NCBI RefSeq assembly: GCF_032191835.1
Contig: NC_083230.1
Span: 82,584,001 to 82,648,000 of the forward strand
Length of the DNA stretch: 64,000 nt
Direction of reading: 5' to 3'
Origin: Heteronotia binoei
Taxonomy: Eukaryota
The notes below the pieces were generated by a model. It worked only from the letters and a program-made list of their open reading frames with translations, was not told the DNA's origin and did no database searches. Both the position numbers and the translations under genes were made by a program. This document shows, piece by piece, positions 24,372-37,791 of the stretch (position 1 is its first letter; each line of letters starts with the position of its first letter).

Positions 24372-25154
24372 ATGCCTACTACTTCTCTGCATATCACACC
24401 TAACCCAATCAAGTCTGTTATTGCCATTCAGCATCTGAAATAATCTTTATAAAGTTTGTATCTCTGGTACCTCATGTTACATTTTATGGCACACATGGTT
24501 CAGCCCAACAAAGTAACATTTATGTCTGATCCATTCCTCATAACAAATGAGTCCAACACCTCTGCTATAGAGGCTCAACAAATGGGTGTTCTCATAGTCA
24601 TTGTTGCTGAAGAAATATGAAAGTGTGGGGACAGATAGGATAGAAGGGAGCTGTTTAACTGTTGGTGTAACGCTTAGAAGTCCACAGCAGATTTTCTAGT
24701 ACAACCAGAGCTAGGAGCAGGTTTATAATGCAACCCTAAGAACCCTTAATTGGGAATAAGCCTCACTGAATAGACCCTGATAGGATTCTGAAGGATTGTT
24801 CTCTTCTCTTCCTTCCACCAAGCTGGACAGTTAGACAGTCATGAAAGACTGCTTCCAGACTAGTCATTTAGTCTGGAATTACCATCATTCATTCAGTTTT
24901 AGTACAGAGTACAAGCACCATTGGCAACACCATCACATCAAAATATTTTCCTGTTGTCCTCCCATCTTCTTCCAGACCTAACTGGTGGCATTTTTTTAAA
25001 GTGCCACTGAACTGTTGAGCTTTCTGTGTGGGCAGTCAAAGTTATTTTGAGGTTTCTTAAGACTTTAGTTCCCTTAAATTTGGCTACCAGTTCTGTTGGT
25101 ACACTTCTGTGGGGGACTCAACCCAAATCTAAACAGTGTAATAGAGGGTCAAGC

Positions 25155-26127
25155 TACCTATAACACAATTCATAAAAATGTATAACATTTAATATAAAGC
25201 ATATACAGAAATAAATTTTAAAACATATTGTCTGAATATCAGACTGTGTAAAATTTGCAAACCATATACAATTTCACATATACATTTGATGGAGTCAGGG
25301 CTTCTTTTGAGCAGGAACACACAGGAATGCCGCTCCGGCTGGCTTGGTGTCAGGGCGTGTGGCCTAATATGTAAAAGAATTCCTGCTGGTCTTTTTCTAC
25401 AACAAAGCCCTATGTGAAACAATGGTGGCATCAGGGGGTGTGGCCTAATATGCAAATGAGTTCTGCTGGGCTTTTTCTACCAAAAAAGCCCTGGATGGAC
25501 TTCCAATCACCGCAATAACCATACACATTTGGTATGGTCAATATATACTTCTTACTCAGTAAGCAGCTTTTTATGGTGTTACCTCACATCCAGTGATATT
25601 AGATACTCTGCACCAGAGAACCATAAAGGTGAATATTCTGATGTGTGTGTGAAGTTTTCATGACTATCCAGCTATGGCTTACTTTATATAATTTTAAGTA
25701 ACAACATACCATATAAGAAGCAACACCTGGCTTTCTATCATTTTTATTCCTGGATGTGTGTCTTTGTACATTTTATATATTGACCACTGAGGAAGGCCCT
25801 TTGGGGATAGTCCTAAAACTTTACACACACATCAGAATATTCACCTTTAAGGTTCTCTGGTGCAGTATCTAATATCACTGGATGTAAGGTAACACCATCA
25901 AAAGTTGCTTACTGAGTAAGCAGTATATATTGACTACTGAGAAAGGCCCTCAGGGGCTGAAGCATATATGGTTATTGTGGTGATTGGAAGTCCATCAAAT
26001 GTACATGTAAAATTGTATATGGTTTGCAAATTTTACAGTCTGATATTCAGAAAATATGTTTTAAAATTTATTTTTGTGTATGCTTTATATTAAATGTTAT
26101 ACATTTTTATGAATTGTTTTATAGGTA
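25155..26127. repeat. Long inverted repeat (about 320-bp arms, 135-bp spacer), Penelope-like
   Basis: 25155-25669 (minus a nested MITE) is the reverse complement of 25805-26127; hammerhead-like motifs at 25787-25806 and 25937-25970. Confidence 0.85.
25296..25493. mobile_element. CAGGGCTTTTT hAT MITE in the left palindrome arm
   Basis: TSD gatggagt/gatggact; absent from the right arm. Confidence 0.9.
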
Positions 26128-27446
26128 AAGTCTCCTGGCTTCACCCCCAAAGCACCCAGATATTTCCTGAGTCGGACCTGGCAACCCTAGGAACACTGCA
26201 TGCCTGAAAAATAAATATTAAAACTCATGAGAGCTTTGTTCGTGTAGCTTCCAGCATAATGTGCAGATGAAGCTGATGACTCTGGCAGGCATTACCGACC
26301 CGGAACTTCTGAAAAGAAGAGCAGAAAATAAAAAACTGCAATCCATTAATGGTTCCTATTTTGCTGATTTTCTTCTCGGTGCTTGGCCACAATGTTAAAT
26401 TTGATGACTCAGGGTGCATGCAATACTGCGGTAGTGATCTGGATAGCTTTTTTTTTCAATGTACCCATTCCCTTTTCGGGGACAACATCACTGCTGACTC
26501 ATGCTGAGGTATTTACATGCTCTAATCCAGAGGTGTCAAACTCATCTGTCACAAGGTCCAGAGGACTTGACATAAGTGTCACTTTGCTGGGCTTAGCCAG
26601 GTGTGCCATAAAATGTAACAAGAGGCACCAGAGATATAAACTTTATAAAGGTGACTTCAGATGGCAATTGGCAATAGCAGGTGAATGGCAATAATAGGCT
26701 TGATTGGATTAGGTGTGATACGCAGATTAGCAGCAGGTGTGGAGATACCAGCCTTGCTAATGAGATAGGAGAGCTAGGTCTCAATTCTGTCTAGGAGGAT
26801 GCAAAGAATAAATGGATGTAAGTCTGACATTAGAAACAACAACATTCAATTGCTGACCTAAGAATAGCAGTGCTCTTACAAAGGAATTTTAAAAGGAGAG
26901 ACGGCTAGGTCACAATTGATAATGAAGCTCAAGACATTACATCCTTCAGGACTGAATTGAGAGCTAGTTTTCCCGTCTCCTTACCAATGTGTGCTATTAT
27001 CATTTGGCATCTGAAATCACTCCACTCCCTAAGACGTAAGAACCAATCCAAGTGTTCTAATTCCTAATCGGACTTTCTGAAAGAAAATAAAATCCAGATA
27101 GGAACAGAGAAATCCATTTTAAAAAAAAGATTTTCAGAATAAGCCAAAATAATTTCCTCAATGTCAATCGTGTTTGTCAAAAGAATCCATCCATCCACTT
27201 TCACTCCAAAAAAAAGTGTGCTTACACACAAAAGATTATACCTGGAATAAAATGATGTTGATCTTAAAGCTGCTGTTTCTCTCCTCTCTCTCTCTCTGCC
27301 CCCTCCTTTCTTCCTCAAAAGAGGAGAACCAGCCCCAGAGAAGGAAACAGAAGCTCTGTGGGTTGGTGTGTGAAAGAGAGAGGCTTGTTTTTGTATCTCT
27401 CCCACACAAAGTAGGAAGCAGCCATTGAGAGAGCTCTGTGTGTATT

Positions 27447-27480
<34 letters not shown>

Positions 27481-27487
27481 GAGGAGC

Positions 27488-27978
27488 CCAGGTGGGGGCA
27501 GGGGATATCCTGGTTTTGAGGGCCTCCCCCGGGATTAGGGTCATCAGAAAGCAGGGGGAGGGGAGGAAAATATCTGCTGAGCATTGCATTATTCCCTATG
27601 GAGACTGATTCCCATAGGGAATAATGGAGAATTGATCTGCAGGTATCTGGGGCTCTGAAGAAGCTGTTTTTTTGAGGTAGAGGCACCAAAGTTGCAGCAT
27701 AGCATCCAATGCCTCTCCTCAAAAGACCCTCCAAGTTTCAAAAAGATTAGACCAGGGAGTCCAATTCTATGAGCCCCAAAAGAAGGTGCCCCTATCCATT
27801 ATTTCTAATGGAGGGAAGGCATTTAAAAAGTGTGTGGTCCCTTTAAATGTGATGGCCAGAACTCCCTTTGGAGTTGAATTATGCTTGTCACAACCTTGCT
27901 CCTGGCTCCACCCCCAATGTCTACTGGCTCCATCCCCAAAGTCCCCAGATATTTCTTGAATTGGACCTGACAACCCTA
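27488..27978. mobile_element. TAGGGTTGCCA-family hAT MITE (one end eroded)
   Basis: Colinear with 11613-12108. Other partial copies at about 26130-26190, 39064-39446, 42679-42890, 53447-53720 and 60217-60400. Confidence 0.8.
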
Positions 27979-30255
27979 ACCCTCCCTCTGGATGATACAA
28001 CTGCCCAAATGTTGGCAGAGGGAAATCAAGGCTACAAGGGGTCTCTACCCATTGCAGGCAGGAATGATGGGTGTAGCCAACACAATAGCTCAAATTTCTC
28101 CAAGACATATTCAAAGCCCCTCTTGTAGCATGCTAGTGTGCCCAAGCACTTAGTTTTGGAATAACTGCCCTGGGCCTTGTCAGGAATCACAACACATAAA
28201 GATCTGACATACTTTTTTTAGTAATATGCAGGGACTCACAATGGTGTTTCCCTTTCTTCTGATCATTGGTTGTAATGGCAGGGAAACACACTACATGATA
28301 ACAGCTATGTCTTGCAATGCTGGGAAGAAAGGTACAGAATTATAGCTCCAGGCCTCTTGTAACACAGAGAATGATGCTAGATACTGGCAGTTCTCAGTGC
28401 ACTTCTCCATGAGCTGTTCCATTCCAGTGCTTTGCTCACTAAAACCATCTGCTTTCACTAGTCTGATCAATCAAGGGCATTTTGAATCGTTTTCTGGCAC
28501 ATCTCAGTTTGCTGCCACCTGCAAATTTGATGAGCACACACTCTGCTGTATTATCCAAATCAGCTTGCCTAGAGGCACAGAATTCAGCTGCCAGACCTGC
28601 AATTTCCCTGCATCTTCTTTTTGAAGATTGGTGCTTTGCTATCTTCCCAATATTTCTCAAAGACGGTTGCCAGTGGCTCCCTGCAGATAATTCAGATAAG
28701 CCATGACTGTAAGGCTGGACTGCATGTGGGGGTTTAAGTTCTTTTGCTTTACGCTCTTTGGTCACCAGTCCCAGAGCATGAACAAAAAGCAGTTTAAAGC
28801 AGCCCCTCCCTCTCATCCTGTCTGGAACCATCATGGTGCAGTGCTCAAACTAATTGGTTCACGAATCAGAGACCCAAGCACAAGAGAGAAATGCTCTCTT
28901 TGTCTGCCTCCCCACTTAATTCATCACTAGCCTTCCCATCCAAGAACCACTGCCAAGAAGTGAAGTGGGAAGGGCCATCATCCAGACAATCCATCCTAAA
29001 GACATCTACCAACTCTATCCCGGCAGCTAAAGTTCCATTCACCCTGGAGTAAACAACTGCATACATTTGTTCATAGTCCTAAAGTGTTGGGAATGACAGT
29101 TTCAAATAAGGATGCAAGGGCATTGGCTCTTCGAGAGATTGCCAGTCATCTTCCCTAGGCCAAGACATACAAATTTTATAAAGACACTAGGCCAAGACAT
29201 ACAAATTTTATAAAGAGAAAAGGAAGATAACACTATTCAGAATTGCTCTTTTACAGAAGAAAGACTGGATCATCTATCAATAGTTTGGATAAACACACAC
29301 CGTTGATCTAATCAGCAAGTCAGGCTGTTATTCATGGGTGACACACTGCTTACATGGCTTTTGCCTTCAAAACAGGAACCTGATCAAGACTGCTTCCTCA
29401 TGAAGACTCAGAACGTTTTTGTTTTTTTTGTCATCTCTATGAAGAAGTCATTGCCTAACTGTGCTCCGATCATTCTTCCTCAAACCCACTTTTCTCCTAC
29501 CCTCTTGGGAAGAGCACAGTCCAAGTGAGTTGTTACATCATATGCATGGGGAGCTGCATGTTTTCAGGGATGTCAACCACACTGGCACTATTTTCCTTCC
29601 ATCAGCCCTTATGGCCACCTAAAAGGCATTTTTGGCATTGGTAACAGCTAAGTTCTATAATGTTATCACAATCACCCACTTTTAAAACAGCTCTCAAAAA
29701 GTCCTCCAGTGAAATGGCAGGGAGGCAGGGGAAGTGGCAGGTAATGGAGGAAAGTGTGCCGAGAACTCCTGCATGGAAGCTCAGTCACCACTGCAAATAC
29801 ATCTGCATTCCCAACAGTAATGAATGCAACACAGGGAATCTTTACTAGGTGGATGCAGCCCAAGGCTAGCTTTCAGAATAATTTATATAACATTCCTGTT
29901 GCAACTCGTGGAGATAATTTTTCCCCATCAGAAACCAGGAGAATTTTGAGGAAGAATAAAATTAAGGAGGATCCAGAGATTCAACAAAAGCAGAAGGCAA
30001 GGCTTGCCTCAGAAGGTAGCCCTAAAGTGCAACACAGTTCCCTCAGTTGACCACAGCAGCTCTTGTCACTGTGGTTTTGACCTTATCAAGGTGCTAAACC
30101 TGTACCACTGCAGAGGGAGTTTCAGATACAAAATCTGAATTCTCCATATACAAATACCCCTATAAATAATGGTATCTTCCAGATACAGGTTTACCACTTC
30201 AGCAAAGATGACATGTATAACATCTATTTCAGCCCATTGTACCTTATTCCCTCGT

Positions 30256-30337
30256 CTGAAGAAGTGTGCTTTTAGCACACAAAAGCTCACATTCTGAATA
30301 AAACTTTGTTGGCCTTAAAGGTGCAACTTGACTCCTG
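30256..30337 (+). mobile_element. Penelope-like terminal relic with hammerhead motif
   Basis: CTGAAGA-AGTGTGC-tttta-GCACAC-AAAA-GCTC: stem II intact, GAAA changed to AAAA by CpG decay. A similar relic lies at about 55080-55150. Confidence 0.65.
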
Positions 30338-30480
30338 CTATGTGTAACACTTGATTCTATCTAGCTTTCCCCAAAATAGATCATCATCTCCAAATCCACC
30401 CACAAATATCTTACCTTTCCTATTGCAGCTGTGGGCAGAAAAGTATTCACTGTCATACATTCATCAATTTCAAGGAAGGA

Positions 30481-31086
30481 ATGACGAAAACTGGAGACCA
30501 GAGTGACTTGGCTCAGGGTCCTGATTCACCTTTCTACCTGAACCCAGCTTCAGAGCATCTCCTTCTTGAGAACTCCATAGAACAGGATCTAATTAACTCT
30601 TTCACAGCCCTCCCATCTACGGAACAACTTGCAATCACAACTAAACTCAAAGTGTTGAGGGACAAACTTTTGAAAACAAAAAGTGGTCACACGCAACAAG
30701 TATCTAACCTGCTCATGATGCCCAACACTCTTGAGAATGGTTCAGCTTTATCAGTCCCTCTAACTCCTCTCGTTTCTATGGAGGTAGACCAAAGGAAAAC
30801 AGGAGTAAACCACTCACCCTTCCAAAAAGTGAATCCTGAAGAGAAGACTGATTTAATTTCCACCATAGAAGGCAAATTGGATCTCAAGGAGAACCTTGAG
30901 TCATCAACACAAGTTGAAGTTCATACATCTCCAGTTATGGCTGAGAATCCCCTTCTGAGCAGCTATAGTGAGATCGTGTGGCCAAATAGAAGTCAACTAA
31001 TTAAGAACATCTCGAGCAGCTTCGGTAATGGATTTGTGTTTCATGATACCAATGGCACCCTTGAACAACTAACTAGAGAAGACTGA
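30481..31086 (+). pseudogene. Probable ORF1 C-terminal portion of the RTEX-like LINE (201 aa open)
   Basis: Stop-free ORF directly upstream of, and in frame with, the endonuclease; no recognisable domain. Confidence 0.5.
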
Positions 31087-34000
31087 CTCACCACCCCTTT
31101 CATACTCTCGCCATCCAAACCCTTCACCATTCAGGATATTAAGATCGTCTCCTGGAATGTGGCCGGCTGGCAGAATAAGGCCAAAGATGCTGAGTTTATA
31201 AGATATCTTAAGGGGGTTGATGTTATACCACTACAAGAAACCTGGACTCCACACCAGATCCAACTAGAAGGGTAGAAGTCCTATTCCCTCCCAGCCTTCA
31301 GGAGTAATACAAGGGGTCATTTTCAAGCAGGATTGTCTATACTTGTCTCTTCACATTTTGCCTTGGAACACATCACTCTACAGGCAAACATCTCTATGGT
31401 GCAGGTCATCAAGCTTCTCCTCAAAAAATTCTCCTTAATTATTATGAATGTATATGTACCACCCTCTCTAGATAAGTTAACTCTTTTGCAATATTGGGAA
31501 CACTTGGCCACACTCATGGAGGAATTAGAGAGGAAATTTCCAACTATAGAAATAATTCTAGTGGGTGACTTTAATGCTAGGGTAGGGAAGGACTGTAGCA
31601 TATTTTTTAAAGCTCTTGATTTTAACCAAGATGACACCCTTCCACCCATTTTCTCCTATCCAAGATACTACAAGGATAGCCTTCTAAATTCAGCAGGCAT
31701 CTGTATTACCAAATTCTGTATGCAATACAACAGAATTTGGTTAAACGGTTTGATTGGCTACCCAAATTCAGGAGAATTCACCTTTGTCTCCCCGAGGGGC
31801 TGTAGGGTAACTGATTACATTTTAATCTCTCCTTTATTGAAACCTTATGTCAAAGATTTTACATTGGGGGATTTTATTACTAGTGACCATTTTTCCCTCA
31901 TTTTGACTCTTCAAATTGGTCCTCATATTTATCCCTCCTGTAACTTGTCCTTGCAACCTTACAAGACTGACTTATTGCTCAGAATTCCATGGAATGATCA
32001 CACAGTTTGGAAAACCCAACAGCTCTTCAGATCTGGTCCCGCTGTAGAATACAGATCCTCTTTAATATGTGCATCTGACCCTAATGTATCTGTATCAACT
32101 TACAATTCTTTAACATCTTATATCTCTGAATCATTGAGTGTCAGTTCAGGGTGCCCAAGCAGAGGTGCAACTATTCTAGTAAACTCTACACACCGATGGT
32201 TAGACAGAGAATGTAAAGAAACAAAAACTCTTCTGCATAAAGTTTACAACCAATACTGCAATTCAAAGGCGACCTTGCCATCACAATACTTTGTGCTTAA
32301 GACTCAGTTGCAAAACCTTATCACAAAAAAGAGGCACAATTATATTAAAACTCAATGCGAAGAGCTATACCATGCCACTACCTTAAAAAATTCTAATAAG
32401 TTCTGGGCCATAGTCTCGGGTGCATTCCGGGCCGATGACCCATCTATGCCTGCCATTTCATCTTATGTTTGGTTTCAGCACTTCTCAGTTCTGTTCCATC
32501 AAGGTCTAACTTGTGCTGAACCATCTGATTTTCCTTTAGCTGATTTACCTGACTGGCCTCCTTTCCCTCCAGAGGAAACAAAAGAATTAATTGCACAACT
32601 GAAATTAGGAAAGGCTCCTGGCCCGGATGTCATTTCCTCAGAAATCTTAAAATTAGACCCAGACTGGTGGGCTTCTCCCCTTGCATCTCTGTTGACAATT
32701 GTAGATTGAACTGGCATAATTCCCTTGGCATGGTTGAATGCAATAGTGGTCCCGCTATACAAAAAAGGTGATCACACTAACCCTGCCAATTACAGGCCGA
32801 TTAGCCTACTCTCCATCATTGGCAAGCTTTACTCCAAACATCTATTAGTCCAGCTCAATCTCTGGATTTTGCAGGAAAAAATTCTAGGCCCTGAACAGTT
32901 GAGCTTCTGCAAAGGAAAGACCACTTTAGACCACTGCATTACCCTATCCCATCTAGTCAACAAGTACACTGTGCATAATAACCAAAAATTATTTGTTGCT
33001 TTTTTAGATTTAAAAGGCGCATTTGATTCAGTTGACAGGGACATTCTCTGGATTAAGCTAGATAAACTAAACATGGATAAAACACTCCTTATGCTTATTA
33101 AGAGATTACACACTTCTACCACCTGCCAGATCAAATGCTCATTAGCAGGCAACCTAACATCGAAAATTGCTGCCAATAAGGGTGTCAAACAGGGTTGCAT
33201 TTTGGCTCCCATTTTATTCAATCTCTTCCTTAATGACCTGGCTATTCAGTCGTCTGGTCCTGACTGCCATAGTCCAATCTTGGTGCATTACACGTACTCT
33301 TGTTACTTTATGCTGATGATACGGTGCTGTTCTGCTCTAGAGTGGGCTTAAGATGTCTGCTGTCCCGTTGTGTTCTGTATTTTACTAGTAATAAGCTCCA
33401 GTTCAATTATGAGAAGTCCAAAACCTTAGTTTTCTCAAAAAAGTGGAGGCTTTACAAAAGGGTTATTGATGGTAAAGAGATAGAGCAAGTCAAGTATTTT
33501 AAATACTTAGGTGTTTATTTTCAATATAATGTGACTTGGTCTACCCATCGCAAGTATGCACTGAAGATAGCTAACATCAGTGCATCTGCCATAGCTCGCT
33601 TTTTTTATGGCAGAGGTAACCAATTTGTGCCAGCTGCCATAAAAATATTCAAAGCCAAAGTGATTTCACAACTTCTGTATGGCATCCCAATCTGGTTTGG
33701 ATCTTATGAAGGTGCTATCGAACATATCCAATCCAAATTCTTGCATAAAATTCTGGGCATGCCAAAAGGTGTCGCATATACAGTTATCTGCTTAGAAACT
33801 GGCATGTCCTTAATGGTTACTAGTGCATGGCTCATGACCTTCAAATTACAACTCTGAACCAAATGCTCTCTGAATTTAATTTGTCAAATTAGTCAGCACA
33901 AATTGAGAGAAAAATACAAGCAATGGGTTTATCCCTAGAACTATTGTCTATCCTGTCCTTCACCACCACAGTCCAACAAATTAAAAACAGGCTGCTAGAT

Positions 34001-34350
34001 ATTGAGCGCCAAGACCTATACAGTCTGGCTAAGAAAACTTGTTCCCCACTGAGTTTTGAGATCTCTCTTAGTACTGGGAAAATGGCCTCATATCTATCCG
34101 TCTTGCAGGTGCCACAGCAGCGCAGAGCTTTTCCCCTTGCCAGATGCACCATGCCATGCCCTCTGCCATTCTTGATGGCAGATTTAACAAGACAGCCTAC
34201 TCAGTCAGATACTGTCTCTGTAAGCAAAAATGTGTGCAGTCAGTTACTCATATTCTTCTTTATTGTAATTCGTATACAGATCTTCGTCACCAGTATTTAC
34301 ATCCACTTTTAGTTAGCATGGTTGATTGTTCTGATGCACTTAAGGTCTAT
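31087..34350 (+). pseudogene. ORF2 (APE-RT) of the RTEX-like LINE, disrupted
   Basis: In-frame stops at 31273, 32707 and 33855, plus frameshifts near 33280 and in the C-terminus. Confidence 0.85.
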
Positions 34351-34988
34351 AATCTTTTGAACGATACTTCATCTAGTGTCACTGAGAAAGTGGCTAAGTT
34401 TATTCTGTTTTAAAGGCATGCCAGAGGATCTCATAGAAATGTTTATGCTTTTCCTGATGTATATGTATGCAATCATTCCATTTTACCTTTTTTTTAACCA
34501 ATTTGCTCTGATATATATATCTATATATTTTATGCCAATAAAGGCTAACTTGACTTGACTAAATTAACTTGGGAGAGTCTCAAATAGCATGATGATTAAG
34601 GTTATAAAATACATGGTAGGGCAGAAGGCCACACAGATAAGAGAGAAAAGGAAAAGGCGGGGGATTTGTTTTGAGTGTCTGAATAGCTGTCATGCAGTAT
34701 TTTGCATGCTGGAACTTGTCATATCTTCAGTAAATGTCTCAGTTAATGCACAGAAGAGGAACAATTCTGAAGTACCTTCCTTTCTACCATTATTGCCAAA
34801 TTAGTTCTTCCACCTGGAGCTATATGATGTGCCACAGCATGACCTACCATATCCCTGCAGCTTTCTGATTCACAGCACCAGTTCATACTATCACTATTTG
34901 CTAACAGTTTGTATTATTCTAATGTGCCCACGTTCCAAGGCAGCTTTAAGGCATGCAGCCTTCATTGGAATGCTTGTATAGTTATAGC

Positions 34989-35185
34989 CAGGGCTGTTTT
35001 TGATCAGGAACACACAGGACGCAGTTCCGGCTGGCTTGGCATCAGGGAGTGTGGCCTAATATGCAAATGAATCTCTGCTGGGCTTTTTCTAACAAAAACC
35101 CTATGCAAAACAATGGTGGCATCAGGGGGTGTGGCCTAATATGCAAATGAGTTCCTGCTGGGTGTTTTCTTCAAAAAAAGCCCTG
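34989..35185. mobile_element. CAGGGCTTTTT hAT MITE (two-unit form)
   Basis: Perfect TSD GTTATAGC; two ATGCAAAT octamers. Confidence 0.9.
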
Positions 35186-36176
35186 GTTATAGCTGTTAAG
35201 AACCACTTGGACAGTTTATGATTTTACATAAATTGTTTATTTTTTTGTATATTTCTGGTCAAGGTTTTTGTTTTTCTATTTTTCCAGAGAGCCTAGAAAC
35301 CTCTGAAGGCTAAAGCAGAGATGACTCAGGGAACATCCACAACTGGAATTGCCTGCAGTTGTTTTTTTAAGGCTAAAAAATCTTAAAATTGGGTTTGTCT
35401 GTGTCCTTTATAATATTTATATCTCCGCTACATGGAATTACATTTTATTACACACATGACCCAGCCCGACAAGGTACAACTTGGAGGAAGTCTCCTTGGA
35501 GGAAGGTTGGGTCCACACGAGTCTAAGGCAGGGGTGTCAAACTCATCTGTTATGAGGGCTGGATCTGACATAAATTACCTTGGTGTGTTCAACTGGTGGG
35601 TTCTAGCAAGCTGAATGCTACAGCTACAGTGAGTTTGTGCCAGCAAAAGATTTGCAGAACTATGGATACCAGAAAAAGATTACTGTGATAGTCCTCTGCG
35701 AGTCTCAGGAGCCAGGGGTGTTTTGATGCTGGGCAGAGATCTCCTGACCTGACTCCCATTCCCCTCAGTCAGATGGCAGCTCCTGAGAGATAATTTCCCA
35801 CATGCTGCAGGGGCGCAATTCAGGGCAGGACCATGGTGCAGAGGAAGAAGGGGTATCAGCCTCCCCCCCCCCCTCCTACACACACACACAGTTTTCAAGA
35901 TTCAAAACAGCCCTTTTGGGGTGGAGGATGCAAAGGCAGCCTATGGTTCAGCCAGTGGTGCGGATGTTCAGCTGCTGCCATGAAGGTCCCTGTATTCACA
36001 GCAGCAATAAGAGGACAGAAATCAACACCATGTGGATGCAGTCCAAGTTTCTCTTGCTGTTTTCTCTCAAGACACTGAGTTATGAGGAGTCTACAAGTAG
36101 ATTTATCAGACTTGCAAAAATCAACAGATTCTTGAGAGTTAAACAACTGAATAGCCATGGATTGCTCTGAGCAGAG

Positions 36177-37791
36177 CATAAGAACATAAGAGAAGCCATT
36201 TTGGATCAGGCCAATGGCCCATCCAGTCCAACACTCTGTGTCACACGGTGGCCAAATACACACACACACAATGGCTAATAGCCACTGATGGACCTCTGCT
36301 CCATATTTTTATCCAATCCCCTCTTAAAGCTGGCTATGCTTGTAGCCACCGCCACCTCCTGTGGCAGTGAACTCCACATGTTAATCACCCTTTGGGTGAA
36401 GAAGTATTTCCTTTTATCCATTTTAACCTGACTGCTCAGCAATTTCATTGAATGCCCACGAGTTCTTGTATTGTAAGAAAGGGATAAAAGTACTTCTTTC
36501 TCTACTTTCTCCATCCCATGCATAATCTTGTAAACCTCTTATCATGTCACCCCGCAGTCGACGTTTCTCCAAGCTAAAGAGCCCCAAGAAGTTTAACCTT
36601 TAATCCAAACCTTTAATCATTCTAGTTGCCCTTTTCAGGACTTTTTCCAATGCTATAATATCCTTTTTGAGGTGCAGTGACCAGAATTGTACACAGTATT
36701 CCAAATGAGACCGCATCATCGATTTATATAGGGACATTATGATACTGGCTGATTTGTTTTCAATTCCCTTCCTAATAATTCCCAGCATGACGTTGGCCTT
36801 TTTTTAATGCCTTGACATTTTCAGTGAATTATCTACCATGACCCCAAGATCTCTCTCTTGGTCAGTCTCCGCTAGTTCACAACCCATCAACTTGTATTTG
36901 TAGCTGGGACTCTTGGCCCCAATGTGCATTACTTTGCACTTGGCCACAATGAACCTCATCTGCCACATTGACGCCCACTCACCCAGCCTCAACAGATCCC
37001 TTTGGAGTGCCTCACAATCCTCTCTGGTTCTCACCACCCTGAACAATTTAGTGTCATCAGCAAACTTAGCCACTTCACTGCTTACTCCCAACTCCAAATA
37101 GTTAATCAACAAGTTAAAGAGCATGGGACCCAGTATTGAGCTCTGCGGCTCACCACTGCTTACCGTCCTCCACTGCAAAGACTGCCCATTTATACTCACT
37201 CTCTGCTTCCTATTAATTAGCTAGTTTTTGATCCACAAGAGGACCTGTCCTTTTACTCCATGACTCTCGAGCTTACTAAGGAGCCTTTGATTAGGAACTT
37301 TATCAAAAGCTTTCTGGAAGTCAAGGTAAACAACATCTATTGAGTCCCCTTTGTCCACGTTTGTTCACCCCCTCAAAGAACTGTAACAGGTTAGTGAGGC
37401 AAGATCTTCCCTTACAGAACCCATGCTGAGTCTTCCTCAATAACATGTTCGTCAATGTGCCTACTCATTCTGTCCTTGATAATGGTTTCTACCAACTTTC
37501 CCGGTATTGAAGTCAGATTGACTGGCCTATAATTTCCCGGATCTCCTCTGGAACCCTTTTTAAAAATGGGGGTGACATTTGCTACCTTCCAGCTCTTAGG
37601 AACGGAGGCAGATTTCAATGAAAGATTACATATTTTTGTCAGGAGATCCACAAGTTCACCTTTGAGTTCTTTCAGAACTCTTGGATGTATGCCATCCGGA
37701 CCTGGTGACTTATTAGTTTTTAAATCATCAATCAGTTGTAGGACCTCCTCTCTTGTCACCTCAACCTGACTCAGGTCTTTCAACACCCTTT
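36177..37791 (-). mobile_element. Young CR1 LINE, 5'-truncated
   Basis: Near-identical to 47565-49245; (TTCTTATG)n-type tail; small internal deletions. Confidence 0.95.

Larger units (their letters stand above)
30450..34560 (+). mobile_element. Non-LTR retrotransposon, RTEX-like, 5'-truncated and degenerate
   Basis: APE endonuclease (SWNV, LQETW, GDFNAR, SDH), RT (YRPISLL, DLKGAFDSV, GVKQGC, YADD), C-terminal Cys/His cluster (CLC...HILLYC), AATAAA plus ACTTG-repeat tail. Clade assignment is less sure than LINE status. Confidence 0.85.

Noticed and set aside
29155-29216. 30-bp tandem duplication (period 32); also a 14-bp tandem at about 3546-3573
   Set aside because: Ordinary slippage duplications; two units only, no CRISPR-like or array structure.
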